64,000 nucleotides of DNA from an uncultured Thermoleophilia bacterium (GTDB lineage Bacteria; Actinomycetota; Thermoleophilia; UBA2241): NCBI GenBank assembly GCA_963702475.1, contig CAVPCT010000003.1:416001-480000 (forward strand), given 5' to 3'. Below the pieces are notes generated by a model. The model made no database searches. It was not told the DNA's origin and saw only the letters and a program-made list of their open reading frames with translations. Below, in pieces: positions 38,952-48,997 of the stretch. Position 1 is the stretch's first letter, and the number at the start of each line of letters is the position of its first letter. The position numbers and the translations under genes were made by a program.

Positions 38952-39779
38952 ATGGAGCACGTCTCCATCATCCTCCTGTGGATCGCGTACCTGCTCTACG
39001 CGGGTGCGTTCGCGATCTTCGTGGTGCAGTTCCTGACCAAGAGCCCGACGCTCACCCGTATCGGGCTCTGGGTGGCCGCCACGGGCCTGGTCTTCCAGAC
39101 GGTGGCCATCATCCTGCGCGGTTTCAGCGCCGGGCACGTACCTTTCGTCGGCGCCTACGAGTCGCTGGTGCTGGTGTCCTGGGCGGTGGTCCTCGTGTGG
39201 CACGTCCTGGAGTCGTTCACCAAGATGCGCGCCGTCGGCCTGTTCGTGTTGCCGGTGGTGCTCGTGCTGCTCACCGCGGCCCTCATCGAGTACGACGCCC
39301 CGGTCGGACTCACGCCGGCGTTGCGCAGCGACATCGTCGTGCTCCACGTGGTCGTCATGCTCACCGCCATCGGCTGCCTGTACGTGGCCGGCGGCGCCGC
39401 GACCCTGTACCTCATCGAGGAGTCGCTGCTGCGGCGGCACCGCGCCGACGGCGTGCTGGGCCGCCTGCCGTCACTCGGGACGCTGGAGAAGCTGGTCTAT
39501 CACGCCACGCTGGTCGGGCTCCCGTTCCTCACCGCCGGCATGCTGGCCGGCATCATCCGTGCCGAGACCTTCAATGTCCCGCAGTGGTGGCTGGACCCCA
39601 TGGTGCTGCTCGCCATCTTCGCCTGGGCGCTGTACGCGGCGCTGCTGTGGGGACGCGTGCGCGCCGACTGGGTCGGCAGTCGCATCGCCTGGCTCGCCGT
39701 CAGCGGCCTCGTGGTGCTGCTCGTCATCCGTTTCGCCGCCGTCCCGTTCTGGACGGGCTTCCACACCTACGGGGGTTGA
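38952..39779 (+). CDS. CcsA/HemX-like cytochrome c assembly family membrane protein
   Basis: GHVPFVGAYESL, LHVVV, RLPSLGTLEKL, WLDP, GFHTY; about 8 TM helices; precedes hemA. Confidence 0.82.
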   Translation: MEHVSIILLWIAYLLYAGAFAIFVVQFLTKSPTLTRIGLWVAATGLVFQTVAIILRGFSAGHVPFVGAYESLVLVSWAVVLVWHVLESFTKMRAVGLFVLPVVLVLLTAALIEYDAPVGLTPALRSDIVVLHVVVMLTAIGCLYVAGGAATLYLIEESLLRRHRADGVLGRLPSLGTLEKLVYHATLVGLPFLTAGMLAGIIRAETFNVPQWWLDPMVLLAIFAWALYAALLWGRVRADWVGSRIAWLAVSGLVVLLVIRFAAVPFWTGFHTYGG

Positions 39780-39783
39780 GCGC

Positions 39784-41262
39784 GTGCTCGTGGTCGTCAC
39801 CGGCATCTCGCACAAGACCGCCTCGCTCGACCTGAGGGAGCGACTGGCGCTGGACGAGCAGAACGCCCTGCGCGTCGCTCAGGAGTTGCTCGAGAGCGGC
39901 GTGGCCTGCGAGGCGGTGTCGCTCAGCACGTGCAACCGCACCGAGCTGTACACGTACGCGCACGACTCGCTGGCGGCGCGCCACGCCTGCGTCGGCGCCC
40001 TGGCGCGCCACGCCGGCGTGGCCGACGCCGACCTCGAGTCGAGCCTGTACAGCTACTCGGGCGATGGCGCCATCTCCCATCTGTTCCGCGTGACCTCGAG
40101 CCTCGACTCCATGGTGGTCGGTGAGGCGCAGATCGTGGCGCAGATGAAGGCGGCGTACCAGCTGGCGTGCGAGGGCGGTTGCACCAGCGTGGTCTTCAAC
40201 CGCCTGTTCCGGCACGCGCTCGAAGTCGGCAAGCGCGTGCGCACCGAGACCTCCATCGGCGAGCGCCCGGTGAGCGTCAGCTCCGCGGCCGTCGAGCTCG
40301 CCCTGCAGGTGTTCGGCAAGCTCAAGGACCATACGGTGCTCATCGTCGGTGCCGGAGAGACCAGTGAGCTCACCGCCACGCACCTGAAGGCGCACGGCGT
40401 CGCGCGCATCCTGGTCACCAATCGCACGCTCGAGACATCGGAGAAGCTGGCGCACAACGTGGGCGGGATCGCGGTGCCGTGGCCCGATCTCGAGCAGCAC
40501 CTGGCCGCGGCCGACATCGTCGTCAGCTCCACCGCGGCGCCCCACTACGTGATCACCCGCGACACGGTGGAACGGGCTCTCAAGCACCGCCGCAAGCGGC
40601 CCATCTTCTTCATCGACATCGCCGTGCCGCGCGACCTGGACCCCGAGATCAACCGCATCAGGAACGCCTACCTGTACGACATCGACGACCTGCAGCACGT
40701 GGTGGAGCACAACCGCCACGAGCGGGAGAGAGACGCGCAGCACGCCGAGCGGATCGTCGGGGAGGAGCTCCACAACGTGGACGACTGGCTCCGCAGCCTC
40801 GAGGTCGTGCCGACCATCGCCACGCTCCGGGAGGCCGTCGAGAGCATCCGCAGGAGCGAGCTCGAGCGCCTGGGGAGCAAGCTCTCGAGTCTCACGGACG
40901 AGCAGCGCGCCCAGGTGGAGATGCTCACGACGAGCATCGTCAACAAGATCCTGCACATGCCGACCGTCAAGATGAAGGAGGCCGCGGGCGGCGACTCCTG
41001 CTACTTGTACGTGGATGCCGTGCGTACCCTCTTCGACCTCGGGGACGGGTCGGGGGAGGAGGAGCCGGCGCCGGCCGCGGCGGCCGGTGCGGAGCGCGCG
41101 TCCGCGGCCTCCTGCCCGGCGGCCGAGCGGCCGTCCGAGCCGCGCGAGCCGGCCGCCCCGGATCTGACCGCCGCGGAAGGGCAGGAGGCCCTCCTCGAGC
41201 CTGATCCGGAACCGGCCGGCGCCACGGTGCACAGGCTGCGTGAGACCGGGACGGGCGTATGA
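39784..41262 (+). CDS. hemA: Glutamyl-tRNA reductase
   Basis: GISHKTA, STCNRTE, LDSMVVGEAQI, GAGE and DIAVPRD motifs; Ala/Pro/Glu-rich C-terminal tail. Confidence 0.96.
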   Translation: MLVVVTGISHKTASLDLRERLALDEQNALRVAQELLESGVACEAVSLSTCNRTELYTYAHDSLAARHACVGALARHAGVADADLESSLYSYSGDGAISHLFRVTSSLDSMVVGEAQIVAQMKAAYQLACEGGCTSVVFNRLFRHALEVGKRVRTETSIGERPVSVSSAAVELALQVFGKLKDHTVLIVGAGETSELTATHLKAHGVARILVTNRTLETSEKLAHNVGGIAVPWPDLEQHLAAADIVVSSTAAPHYVITRDTVERALKHRRKRPIFFIDIAVPRDLDPEINRIRNAYLYDIDDLQHVVEHNRHERERDAQHAERIVGEELHNVDDWLRSLEVVPTIATLREAVESIRRSELERLGSKLSSLTDEQRAQVEMLTTSIVNKILHMPTVKMKEAAGGDSCYLYVDAVRTLFDLGDGSGEEEPAPAAAAGAERASAASCPAAERPSEPREPAAPDLTAAEGQEALLEPDPEPAGATVHRLRETGTGV

Positions 41263-42212
41263 GCGATGTCGTCAGGATAGGTTCGCGAGGCAGCAGGCTC
41301 GCGCTCATCCAGAGCGAGTGGGTCCGCGACGAGCTGGTGCGCCTGCACCCGGACCTGCAGGTGGAGATCGTGGTCATCCAGACCAAGGGCGACAGGCTGC
41401 TCGACGCACCGCTCGCCAAGTTGGGCGACAAGGGGCTGTTCACGAAGGAGCTGGAGGCGGCGATGCTCGACGGCCGCACCGACCTCGCCGTGCACTCGGC
41501 CAAGGACATGCCGACGTCGGTGCCGGACGGCCTCGCCATCGTGGCCTTCACGGCGCGAGAGGACGTGCACGACGTGTTCGTCCCCGGGCCGGGCGCGCGC
41601 CCGCACGACATCGGCGCCCTTCCGCAGTGTGCGGTCATAGGGTCGTCGAGCCTGCGCCGTCGCTCGCAGCTGCTGGCGCTGCGCCCCGACCTGCGGCTCG
41701 TCGACATCCGCGGCAACGTGCAGACGCGGCTGCGCAAGCTGGAGGAGCAGGGCATGGCCGGGACCGTGCTCGCGGCCGCCGGCCTCGCGCGCCTCGGGCA
41801 GCCGGGACTGGCGGCGTTCGCCTTCTCCTTCGAGCAGATGCTCCCCGCCGTCGGGCAGGGTTCGCTCGCCATCGAGGCGCGTACCGGCGACACGCGTGTG
41901 GAGGCGCTTGTCACGCCGTTGGTGCACGAGCCGACCAGCCTGGCGGTGCGGGCGGAGCGCGCCCTGATGCACCGCCTGGAGGGTGGCTGCCAGGTGCCCA
42001 TCGCCGCACATGCCCGCGTCTCCCGCGTGCCCGACGACGTCGCCTCACTGCAGCTCAGCCTGCGCGCCTTCGCCGGCTCGCTCGACGGGAGCGCCGCGGT
42101 GCGCGGCGAGTTGGTCGGCCCTGCGCAGGCCCCGGAGGGGCTGGGCATCGCCTTGGCCGAGGACCTGCTCGGGCGGGGCGCCGACCGTATCCTGGCCTCG
42201 GTCCGCGGCTGA
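41259..42212 (+). CDS. hemC: Hydroxymethylbilane synthase
   Basis: IGSRGSRLALIQ, KGLFTKELE, AVHSAKDMP, SSLRR and LEGGCQVP motifs. Confidence 0.97.
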   Translation: MSDVVRIGSRGSRLALIQSEWVRDELVRLHPDLQVEIVVIQTKGDRLLDAPLAKLGDKGLFTKELEAAMLDGRTDLAVHSAKDMPTSVPDGLAIVAFTAREDVHDVFVPGPGARPHDIGALPQCAVIGSSSLRRRSQLLALRPDLRLVDIRGNVQTRLRKLEEQGMAGTVLAAAGLARLGQPGLAAFAFSFEQMLPAVGQGSLAIEARTGDTRVEALVTPLVHEPTSLAVRAERALMHRLEGGCQVPIAAHARVSRVPDDVASLQLSLRAFAGSLDGSAAVRGELVGPAQAPEGLGIALAEDLLGRGADRILASVRG

Positions 42213-42218
42213 CGACCC

Positions 42219-43076
42219 GTGCACGTCGACCGGCCGCTCGGCGGCAAGACCGTGGTCGTCACGCGGCCGGCCGAGCAGGCCGCTTCTCTGGCGGAGCCTC
42301 TGGAGCGCCTCGGCGCGCGTGTGTTGCTGGCGCCGACCATCCGCATCGTACCCAGACCCTGGGACGACGAGGTCGCGGCCGCGGTCGAGGGACTCGCCTC
42401 CTACGGGCTGGTGGTCTTCACCAGCAGGAACGGCGTGGACAGCTTCCTCGACCACCTCGAGACGGCCGGGCGGAGGCCCGAGTCCGGGCCGGTGCCGGGC
42501 TCCATGACGCCGCGGCCGCTCGCCCCCGGCGTGCTGGTCGCTGCCGTCGGCTCGGCTACAGCCTCAGCTCTGGAAGAGCGCGGCGTGGCCGTCGATCTGG
42601 TGCCGGACGAGTTCATCGCGGAGGGCCTCGTGTCCACACTCGAGCAGGAGGGCATCGTGCCGGCTGGGACGAGGGTCCTGCTGCCCACGGCGCGGCGCGC
42701 GCGGCCGGTGCTCCCCGACGCGCTGCGCGCCCGGGGCGCGCAGGTGGACGTGCTGGCCGTCTACGACACCGTCGCGGCCGAGACCCTCGCGCTGCCGCCG
42801 GCCGAGCTTGCGGCCGCCGACTTCATCACGTTCACCTCCGCCAGCACCGCCGAGGAGCTCGCCGCTCTCGTGGGCGCGGCCCTCGCGGCGGGGGGCGCGC
42901 CGGCCGGCTCCCAGGCGCTCGCGGAGCTTCTCGTCGGCGTGCGCGTGTGCTCCATCGGACCGGCGACCAGCGCCGCTCTCGGTGCACTCGGCCTGCATGT
43001 CGCGGTGGAGGCGTCGGAGCACACCGCCGCCGGCCTCGTGGCGGCGATCGCCGGCGCCGCGCAGCGGTCCGCCTGA
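42219..43076 (+). CDS. hemD: Uroporphyrinogen-III synthase
   Basis: VVVTRP, VFTSRNGV, AVGSATA, VYDT, FTSAST and SIGPAT motifs. Confidence 0.93.
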   Translation: MHVDRPLGGKTVVVTRPAEQAASLAEPLERLGARVLLAPTIRIVPRPWDDEVAAAVEGLASYGLVVFTSRNGVDSFLDHLETAGRRPESGPVPGSMTPRPLAPGVLVAAVGSATASALEERGVAVDLVPDEFIAEGLVSTLEQEGIVPAGTRVLLPTARRARPVLPDALRARGAQVDVLAVYDTVAAETLALPPAELAAADFITFTSASTAEELAALVGAALAAGGAPAGSQALAELLVGVRVCSIGPATSAALGALGLHVAVEASEHTAAGLVAAIAGAAQRSA

Positions 43077-43151
43077 TCCTTTGCCACGCGGGTCGCGTGT
43101 ATACCGTCCAGGCTACGCATGCCGGCGGTGCGCCGGTGTCCCGGGCGCCCG

Positions 43152-43188
43152 CTACGACGTTGCGCCTCCGGGCGCAACGTCGTAGGTT
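43152..43188 (+). promoter_or_regulatory. 15-bp perfect inverted repeat overlapping a candidate leaderless -10 box
   Basis: ctacgacgttgcgcc-tccg-ggcgcaacgtcgtag; the right arm ends in TAGGTT, 6 nt before ATG 43195. Confidence 0.5.
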
Positions 43189-43194
43189 GCCGTC

Positions 43195-44001
43195 ATGGCC
43201 CGGCTGATCTGCTTCGCCAGCGACTATGGCCACGCCGACGACTTCGCCGGCGTGTGCCGCGGCGTGATCGCGCGTCTCGCGCCCGGCGTGCGCGTCATCG
43301 ACGTCACGCACGGCCTGCCGCAGCGCGACGTGATGGCCGGCGCGCTCATCCTGCGCAACTCGCTGCCGTACATGCCGGAGCGGGCCGTGCATCTCACGGT
43401 CGTCGATCCGGGAGTGGGCGGCCCGCGCCGGGCGGTCGCCCTTCGCAGCCGCGGCGACCGCCTCTTCGTGGGTCCGGACAACGGCCTCATGATGCTCGCC
43501 GTCGCGCGTGACGGCGGCGTGATCGAGGCCGTCGAGCTCACCAATGACGAGCTCTGGCTGTCCCCGCTCTCGGCCACCTTCCACGGCCGCGACATCTTCG
43601 CGCCGGTCGCCGCCCGGCTGGCCGACGGGCTGCCGCTCGAGGCGGCCGGCACGGCGGTCGACCCTGCCGGGCTGGTCCCGCTCGAGCTTCCCCAGGTGCG
43701 CCGTCACCGCGACGGACTCACGGCGACGGCGCTGCTCGTGGACCGCTTCGGCAACGTCACACTCAACCTGCGCGCCCGTCAGCTCGAGGAGGCCAGGCTT
43801 GGCGACGACGTGGAGCTGCTCTGCGGGGGCGAGCGCTTTCTGGCGCGCGTGGCGCGCACGTTCTCGTCGGTGCGGCCCAGCGACATCGTCGTGCTCGTGG
43901 ACAGCTACGGGCAGGCGGCGATCGCCGTCAACGCCGGCTCGGCGGTCGAAGTCCTGGGCCTGGAGCCCGGCGACGAGGTCCGCCTGCGGCGCCTCGGGTA
44001 G
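43195..44001 (+). CDS. SAM-dependent chlorinase/fluorinase family protein (SAM hydroxide adenosyltransferase, DUF62)
   Basis: SDYG, IDVTH, VVDPGVG, GPDNG, SATFHGRDIFAP and DRFGN motifs. Confidence 0.92.
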   Translation: MARLICFASDYGHADDFAGVCRGVIARLAPGVRVIDVTHGLPQRDVMAGALILRNSLPYMPERAVHLTVVDPGVGGPRRAVALRSRGDRLFVGPDNGLMMLAVARDGGVIEAVELTNDELWLSPLSATFHGRDIFAPVAARLADGLPLEAAGTAVDPAGLVPLELPQVRRHRDGLTATALLVDRFGNVTLNLRARQLEEARLGDDVELLCGGERFLARVARTFSSVRPSDIVVLVDSYGQAAIAVNAGSAVEVLGLEPGDEVRLRRLG

Positions 44002-44052
44002 CCTGCCGAAGGAGCAGCGCGCGGAGCTCCTACGCTCACCGCGCGCCCGGTG

Positions 44053-44081
44053 TTGCGCCGCTCGCCGGGATTCGCTATAGT
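44053..44081 (+). promoter_or_regulatory. Sigma70-type promoter of rplM-rpsI
   Basis: TTGCGC-N17-TATAGT. Confidence 0.65.
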
Positions 44082-44136
44082 CCTCTTTCGCGCGTCCGAA
44101 GGGGCGCGCGTTCCGTCAGCGAGACCGAGAGAGCAC

Positions 44137-44571
44137 ATGAAGACGTACGTCGCCAAACCGTCCACCATCGAGAAGAAGTGGTACATCGTCGACGCCAAGG
44201 GCCAGACGCTTGGCCGGCTCTCCACCGTCGTCGCCGATTGCCTGCGCGGCAAGCGCAAGCCCATCTACACGCCGAACATCGACACGGGTGATTTCGTCGT
44301 CGTCATCAACGCCGACCAGATCGTCGTGACGGGCCGCAAGCCCGAGCAGAAGATGTACTACCACCACTCCGGCTACCCCGGCGGGCTCAAGGCAGAGTCC
44401 TACGCCAAGCTGCTGGCGCGCCGTCCGGAGGAGATCGTACGCCATGCCGTGCGCGGCATGCTGCCCCACAACAAGCTGGGCCGCGCCCAGCTCCGCAAGC
44501 TCAAGATCTACGCGGGCGCGGAGCATCCTCACGAGGCGCAGATGCCCGTTCCGCTGGAGATCAAGGAGTAG
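44137..44571 (+). CDS. rplM: 50S ribosomal protein L13
   Basis: [41 protein letters not shown] motifs. Confidence 0.98.
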   Translation: MKTYVAKPSTIEKKWYIVDAKGQTLGRLSTVVADCLRGKRKPIYTPNIDTGDFVVVINADQIVVTGRKPEQKMYYHHSGYPGGLKAESYAKLLARRPEEIVRHAVRGMLPHNKLGRAQLRKLKIYAGAEHPHEAQMPVPLEIKE

Positions 44572-44573
44572 GC

Positions 44574-44969
44574 GTGGCTGATGCAGTGACTTACCGCGCG
44601 ACCGGCAAGCGCAAGACCAGCGTCGCTCGCGTGACGCTCATCCCCGGCGTCGGCAAGGTCGCCGTCAACGGCCGCGAGATAGACGCGTACTTCGGCCGCA
44701 AGGTCCTCGAGACCATCGCCCTCATGCCGTTCGACACCACGCGCACGCAGGGCCGCTTCGACGTCAAGGCCAACGTGTACGGCGGCGGCATCTCCAGCCA
44801 GGCCGGCGCCGTGCGTCACGGCATCGCCCGCGCCCTTTGCGAGGCCGACGAGAACCTGCGCACGCCGCTCAAGCGCGCCGGTTTCCTCACCCGCGACGAC
44901 CGTCAGGTCGAGCGCAAGAAGGCGGGCTTCCACAAGGCGCGCAAGAAGCCGCAGTTCAGCAAGCGCTGA
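44574..44969 (+). CDS. rpsI: 30S ribosomal protein S9
   Basis: [30 protein letters not shown] and PQFSKR C-terminus. Confidence 0.98.
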   Translation: MADAVTYRATGKRKTSVARVTLIPGVGKVAVNGREIDAYFGRKVLETIALMPFDTTRTQGRFDVKANVYGGGISSQAGAVRHGIARALCEADENLRTPLKRAGFLTRDDRQVERKKAGFHKARKKPQFSKR

Positions 44970-45149
44970 CGCACCCCGGGCACTCACCGCTACATCAGCG
45001 AGCTCCGACGGGCCGCCGCGAGGCGGCCCGTCCGCGTACGGGGTCCCGCGTCCTTGTCGGGATCGCCCGGGTGCCAGCGTGGCCGCGTGCGGCCGGCGGG
45101 CGGCTCACGACGAGGCGCCCGGTCGCGGAGGTTGACCGGCATCAAGGGG

Positions 45150-45587
45150 ATGGCGCGCGCGAGCCGGTACAGTCGAGCTGTGCGGTTCGTCACCAGACAC
45201 CTCCTGCTCGCCGTCGGCTGGACGGCCCTCGGCTTGGCGGCGGTCGGCATCGTCGTCCCAGTGCTGCCGACCGTGCCGTTCCTCCTGCTGGCTGCGGCCT
45301 GCTTTCTCAGAAGCTCCGAGCGGCTGCACCGCTGGCTGGTCACGCACCCGCTGTTCGGCCGCCACATCGCCGACTACCTGGCCGGGCGGGGTCTGCGGGT
45401 GCGTGCCAAGGTGACAGCGCTGGCGATGCTGTGGGCGAGCATCCTGCTCAGCGTCATCCTGGTCGTGCCGCTGCTGTGGGCCGACGCCGTGATGCTGGCG
45501 CTCGCGGCGGCCGTGAGCGTGTACATCCTCCGGCTGCCCACGTGCCCGCCCGGCCCGCCGTCGGGCGGGTCGTGCCGTAGCGGCTGA
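45150..45587 (+). CDS. YbaN/DUF454 family membrane protein
   Basis: VGIVVPVLPTVPFLLLAAACFLRSSERLHRWL. Confidence 0.88.
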   Translation: MARASRYSRAVRFVTRHLLLAVGWTALGLAAVGIVVPVLPTVPFLLLAAACFLRSSERLHRWLVTHPLFGRHIADYLAGRGLRVRAKVTALAMLWASILLSVILVVPLLWADAVMLALAAAVSVYILRLPTCPPGPPSGGSCRSG

Positions 45588-45741
45588 CTCTGGCGGCTGC
45601 TCGTCTTGAGGCGGCGCCGTGGACGCTGGGCGCCGCCGCAGCCGGCCGCACCCGGCGCCGCCGCGCAGCTCGTGCTCGCGGCGCGGGGCGGCAGGTGGCA
45701 TACTGCCGCCTACGCCGCACGGCCTCACAGGAAAGGTGGGG

Positions 45742-47223
45742 ATGGGTACGACCGAGACAGCTTGCGCGGGATCGGGCGCACGCCCGCGCGTGATCCTGCG
45801 CGCCTGCCCGTCGTACGACGTGGCGCGCATCAGGCGCATCGTCCGCGAGGGCATGGAGGAGCTCGGGCTGCGGCCTGAGGGGCGTACGCTGGTCAAGCCC
45901 AACCTCGTGGCCAGCGGCCGCCTGTTCACGCACTCGCACACGCGGGCGGAGTTCTTCGAGGGCGTCATCCTGGCGCTGCAGGACAGGGCCGACGGCCGTC
46001 GGAGCGGGCTGGCGGTCGGGGAGAGGAGCGGCGTCACCATCCCGACGCGGTTCTCCTACGCCGGCTCGGGGTTCGACCGCGTCATCCGGAAGACGGGCAT
46101 CCGCCGGTTCTGCTTCGACGAGGAGCAGCAGGTCGAGGTGCCGCTCCGTCACGAGGGCCGGCTGCGCGACTCCGTGTTCGTCCCGCGCTCCGTCGCGGCC
46201 ACCGACTTCCTCGTCAACTGCCCCAAGTTCAAGGCGCACCCCTGGACCACCGTGACCTTCTCGATGAAGAACTTCATCGGCATCCAGGACGACCGGCACC
46301 GCCTGATCGACCACGACCACCACCTGAACGCCAAGGTGGCGGACCTCCAGCACGTGATCCAGCCGCGCTTCATCGCCATGGACGCCATCGTCGCGGGGCA
46401 GGGCCCCATGCTCACGCCGGAGCCCTTCGACCTTGGCCTGGTGATCATGGGCGACAACCAGCCGGCCTTCGACGCGGTGTGCTGCGCCGTGATCGGTGTG
46501 GACCCGCACAGCGTTGAGCACATCCGGGTCGCGCACGCACAGGGCTTCGGCCCGATCGACCTCGGCGACATCGTCGTCAGCGGTGACGTGACCGTGGACG
46601 AGGCGCGGCGCCGGGCGCGGGGCTTCAAGGTCGGACTCGTCCGCGTGGAGGAGTGGTTCGAGGGTACGAGCGTCTCCTGCTACGCAGGACCGCCGACCGC
46701 GGACGGTACCCACGACTACTGCTGGGGCGGGTGCCCGGGGACGCTGCTCGAGGCGTACTCGGTGCTGCGGCGCTTCGACGCGGAGACCGACCGCAAGATG
46801 CCGAAGCTGCACATCGTGTTCGGCGACTACCGCGGCGAGATCCCGGCACGGCGCGGGGAGAAGGTCGTGTTCGTCGGCGGCTGCACCACGTGGAAGGGCA
46901 GGATCGGCGGCCGCGAGGTGGCCGTGGACAAGCTGCCCGTCGCCCGCGCGCTCACCGACCCGCACCACGCCCGGCACCAGGACATCTACGCCAAGATGCT
47001 GGCCGTGACGTACCGTCTGCTCAAGGCCAGGGGGGCGGACCACGTGCGCCTCCCCGGCTGCCCGATCAGCGTCGCGGAGCAGGTCCTCATGCTGTGTCAC
47101 CTGAGCGGTGCGAAGAACCCGTACTTCGACCCGCGGATCGTGATGGGGTTCAACCGCGGCTACCTCGGCTGGCGGCTGGCGGCCCTGCGGCGCGGAAGGT
47201 ACCAGGAGCCGGCGCGGGTTTGA
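45742..47223 (+). CDS. DUF362 domain protein with a Cys-rich C-terminal extension
   Basis: LVKPNLV, VNCPKFKAH, TFSMKNFIG, DAIVAGQGP; C-terminal YCWGGCPG, GGC and PGCP. Confidence 0.8.
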   Translation: MGTTETACAGSGARPRVILRACPSYDVARIRRIVREGMEELGLRPEGRTLVKPNLVASGRLFTHSHTRAEFFEGVILALQDRADGRRSGLAVGERSGVTIPTRFSYAGSGFDRVIRKTGIRRFCFDEEQQVEVPLRHEGRLRDSVFVPRSVAATDFLVNCPKFKAHPWTTVTFSMKNFIGIQDDRHRLIDHDHHLNAKVADLQHVIQPRFIAMDAIVAGQGPMLTPEPFDLGLVIMGDNQPAFDAVCCAVIGVDPHSVEHIRVAHAQGFGPIDLGDIVVSGDVTVDEARRRARGFKVGLVRVEEWFEGTSVSCYAGPPTADGTHDYCWGGCPGTLLEAYSVLRRFDAETDRKMPKLHIVFGDYRGEIPARRGEKVVFVGGCTTWKGRIGGREVAVDKLPVARALTDPHHARHQDIYAKMLAVTYRLLKARGADHVRLPGCPISVAEQVLMLCHLSGAKNPYFDPRIVMGFNRGYLGWRLAALRRGRYQEPARV

Positions 47224-47284
47224 GCCGGCGGCGAGCGCCCGGCCGTCGGTGCTAGGATGCGTCAGTCGACCGCGAGGAGTCCCG

Positions 47285-47518
47285 ATGGCCCGGTATCGCA
47301 ATCCCGCGCGCCCGCCGCGCAACACCGCCCCCCTGTGGAAGAAGCTCTCGGTGGTGCTGGCGGCCCCGGTGGCGGTCGTCGTCGTCGTCACGCTGCTGCA
47401 CGCCAACGAGTGGAACTTCTTCCTCTTCCTGTTCGTCGTCATCGTCGTGGCGGCGGTCGCGGTGTGGGTCATGGCCAAGCTGCTCGGCGTGCACCTGAGC
47501 CTGCGCAGCTGGGACTGA
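47285..47518 (+). CDS. Small two-TM membrane protein
   Basis: GAGGAG SD; two hydrophobic helices; typical codon usage. Confidence 0.6.
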   Translation: MARYRNPARPPRNTAPLWKKLSVVLAAPVAVVVVVTLLHANEWNFFLFLFVVIVVAAVAVWVMAKLLGVHLSLRSWD

Positions 47519-47581
47519 TGCACGGAAGAGCAGTAGAGCGGCTCTCGCGCCGTCAGGCGCAGAGAGAGACGGACTAGCGAA

Positions 47582-48919
47582 GTGGGCGCCTACTTCGGTA
47601 CCGACGGCATCCGCGGCGTCGCCGGCGAACTGCTGACCGCGGAGCTCGCCGTGCAGGTCGGCAGAGCGGCGGCCGTTGTGCTGGCGCAGAAGGCCGGCCC
47701 GCACCCGCTGTTCGTGATCGGGCGCGACACGCGGCTCAGCGGCCCGATGCTGGAGGCGGCGCTCACTGCCGGTCTCACCAGCGGGGGCGCCCGCGTGGAG
47801 GTCGCCGGCGTCATGCCGACGCCCGCCCTCGCCGCGCTCGTGCTCAAGCACGGCGCCGCCGCGGGTGTCGTGGTCAGCGCCTCCCACAACCCCTTCCGCG
47901 ACAACGGCATCAAGCTCTTCTCCTCGGCCGGGCTCAAGCTCAGCGACGAGGAGGAGGCCGAGATAGAGGCGCACATCGCCCACCACGATCTGCAGTCGCT
48001 GGCCGGTGCCGACTTCGGCAGCGCCGAGCGGCTCGACGGCGTGGTGGAGGCGTACACCCTCGACCTGGCGCGGCGCATACCGCTGGACCTGCGCGGCATG
48101 AGGGTCGCCGTCGACTGCGCCAACGGTGCGATGTACCGCGCGGCGCCGCTGGCCCTGGTCGAGTCCGGCGCCGACGCCACCGTCATGTTCTCCGACCCGG
48201 ACGGCGTGAACATCAACGCCGGCTGCGGCAGCACCCACATCGGCGCGTTGCAGCAGGCGGTGCGCGCCGGCGGGTTCGACCTGGGCCTCGCCTTCGACGG
48301 CGACGGCGATCGCGTGCTCGCCGTCGACGCCTCCGGCGAGCTGGTGGACGGCGACTTCATCATCGCGATACTAGCGAAACACCTGAAAGGCCGTGGGCTC
48401 CTTCGCGGCGACACCGTCGTGACGACGGTGATGACCAACCTCGGCTTCCACCAGGCCATGGCGCGCGAGGGCATCCAGGTGGTGGTGACCGACGTCGGCG
48501 ACCGCTATGTCATAGCTGAGATGCTCAAGGGGGACTACCTGCTCGGCGGGGAGCAGTCCGGCCACATCATCAACCGCGACCTGAGCACGACGGGGGACGG
48601 TCTGGCGACGGCCCTGCTGCTGCTCCAGGCGCTGGGCCAGATGGACGTGCCTCTCGCCGAGGCGGCCACAGTGATGCGGCGCCTGCCGCAGAAGCTGGTC
48701 AACGTGCGCGTGCGCGACCGCGACGAGCTCGCAGGCGCGGCCGAGGTGTGGGCGGCGGTGGACGCCGAGAGCCAGCGTCTGGGCGGCGGCGGCCGTGTGC
48801 TGGTGCGCACCTCCGGCACGGAGCCGCTGGTGCGCGTGATGGCCGAGGGGCCGACGGTGGAAGACGTGGACGGGGCCTGCGAGCGCATCGTCGCGGTCGT
48901 GCAGGAGCATCTGACCTGA
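47582..48919 (+). CDS. glmM: Phosphoglucosamine mutase
   Basis: FGTDGIRG, SASHNP, DGDGDR, VGDRYV, GGEQSGH and SGTEPLVRVM motifs. Confidence 0.97.
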   Translation: MGAYFGTDGIRGVAGELLTAELAVQVGRAAAVVLAQKAGPHPLFVIGRDTRLSGPMLEAALTAGLTSGGARVEVAGVMPTPALAALVLKHGAAAGVVVSASHNPFRDNGIKLFSSAGLKLSDEEEAEIEAHIAHHDLQSLAGADFGSAERLDGVVEAYTLDLARRIPLDLRGMRVAVDCANGAMYRAAPLALVESGADATVMFSDPDGVNINAGCGSTHIGALQQAVRAGGFDLGLAFDGDGDRVLAVDASGELVDGDFIIAILAKHLKGRGLLRGDTVVTTVMTNLGFHQAMAREGIQVVVTDVGDRYVIAEMLKGDYLLGGEQSGHIINRDLSTTGDGLATALLLLQALGQMDVPLAEAATVMRRLPQKLVNVRVRDRDELAGAAEVWAAVDAESQRLGGGGRVLVRTSGTEPLVRVMAEGPTVEDVDGACERIVAVVQEHLT

Positions 48920-48997
48920 GGGACGGCGGGCCCGGTCGTCCCCGCGGAAGGACTACGAAGGCCTGGGCTGAGTCCGGGCGCGGCGGGCGGCCCTTGC

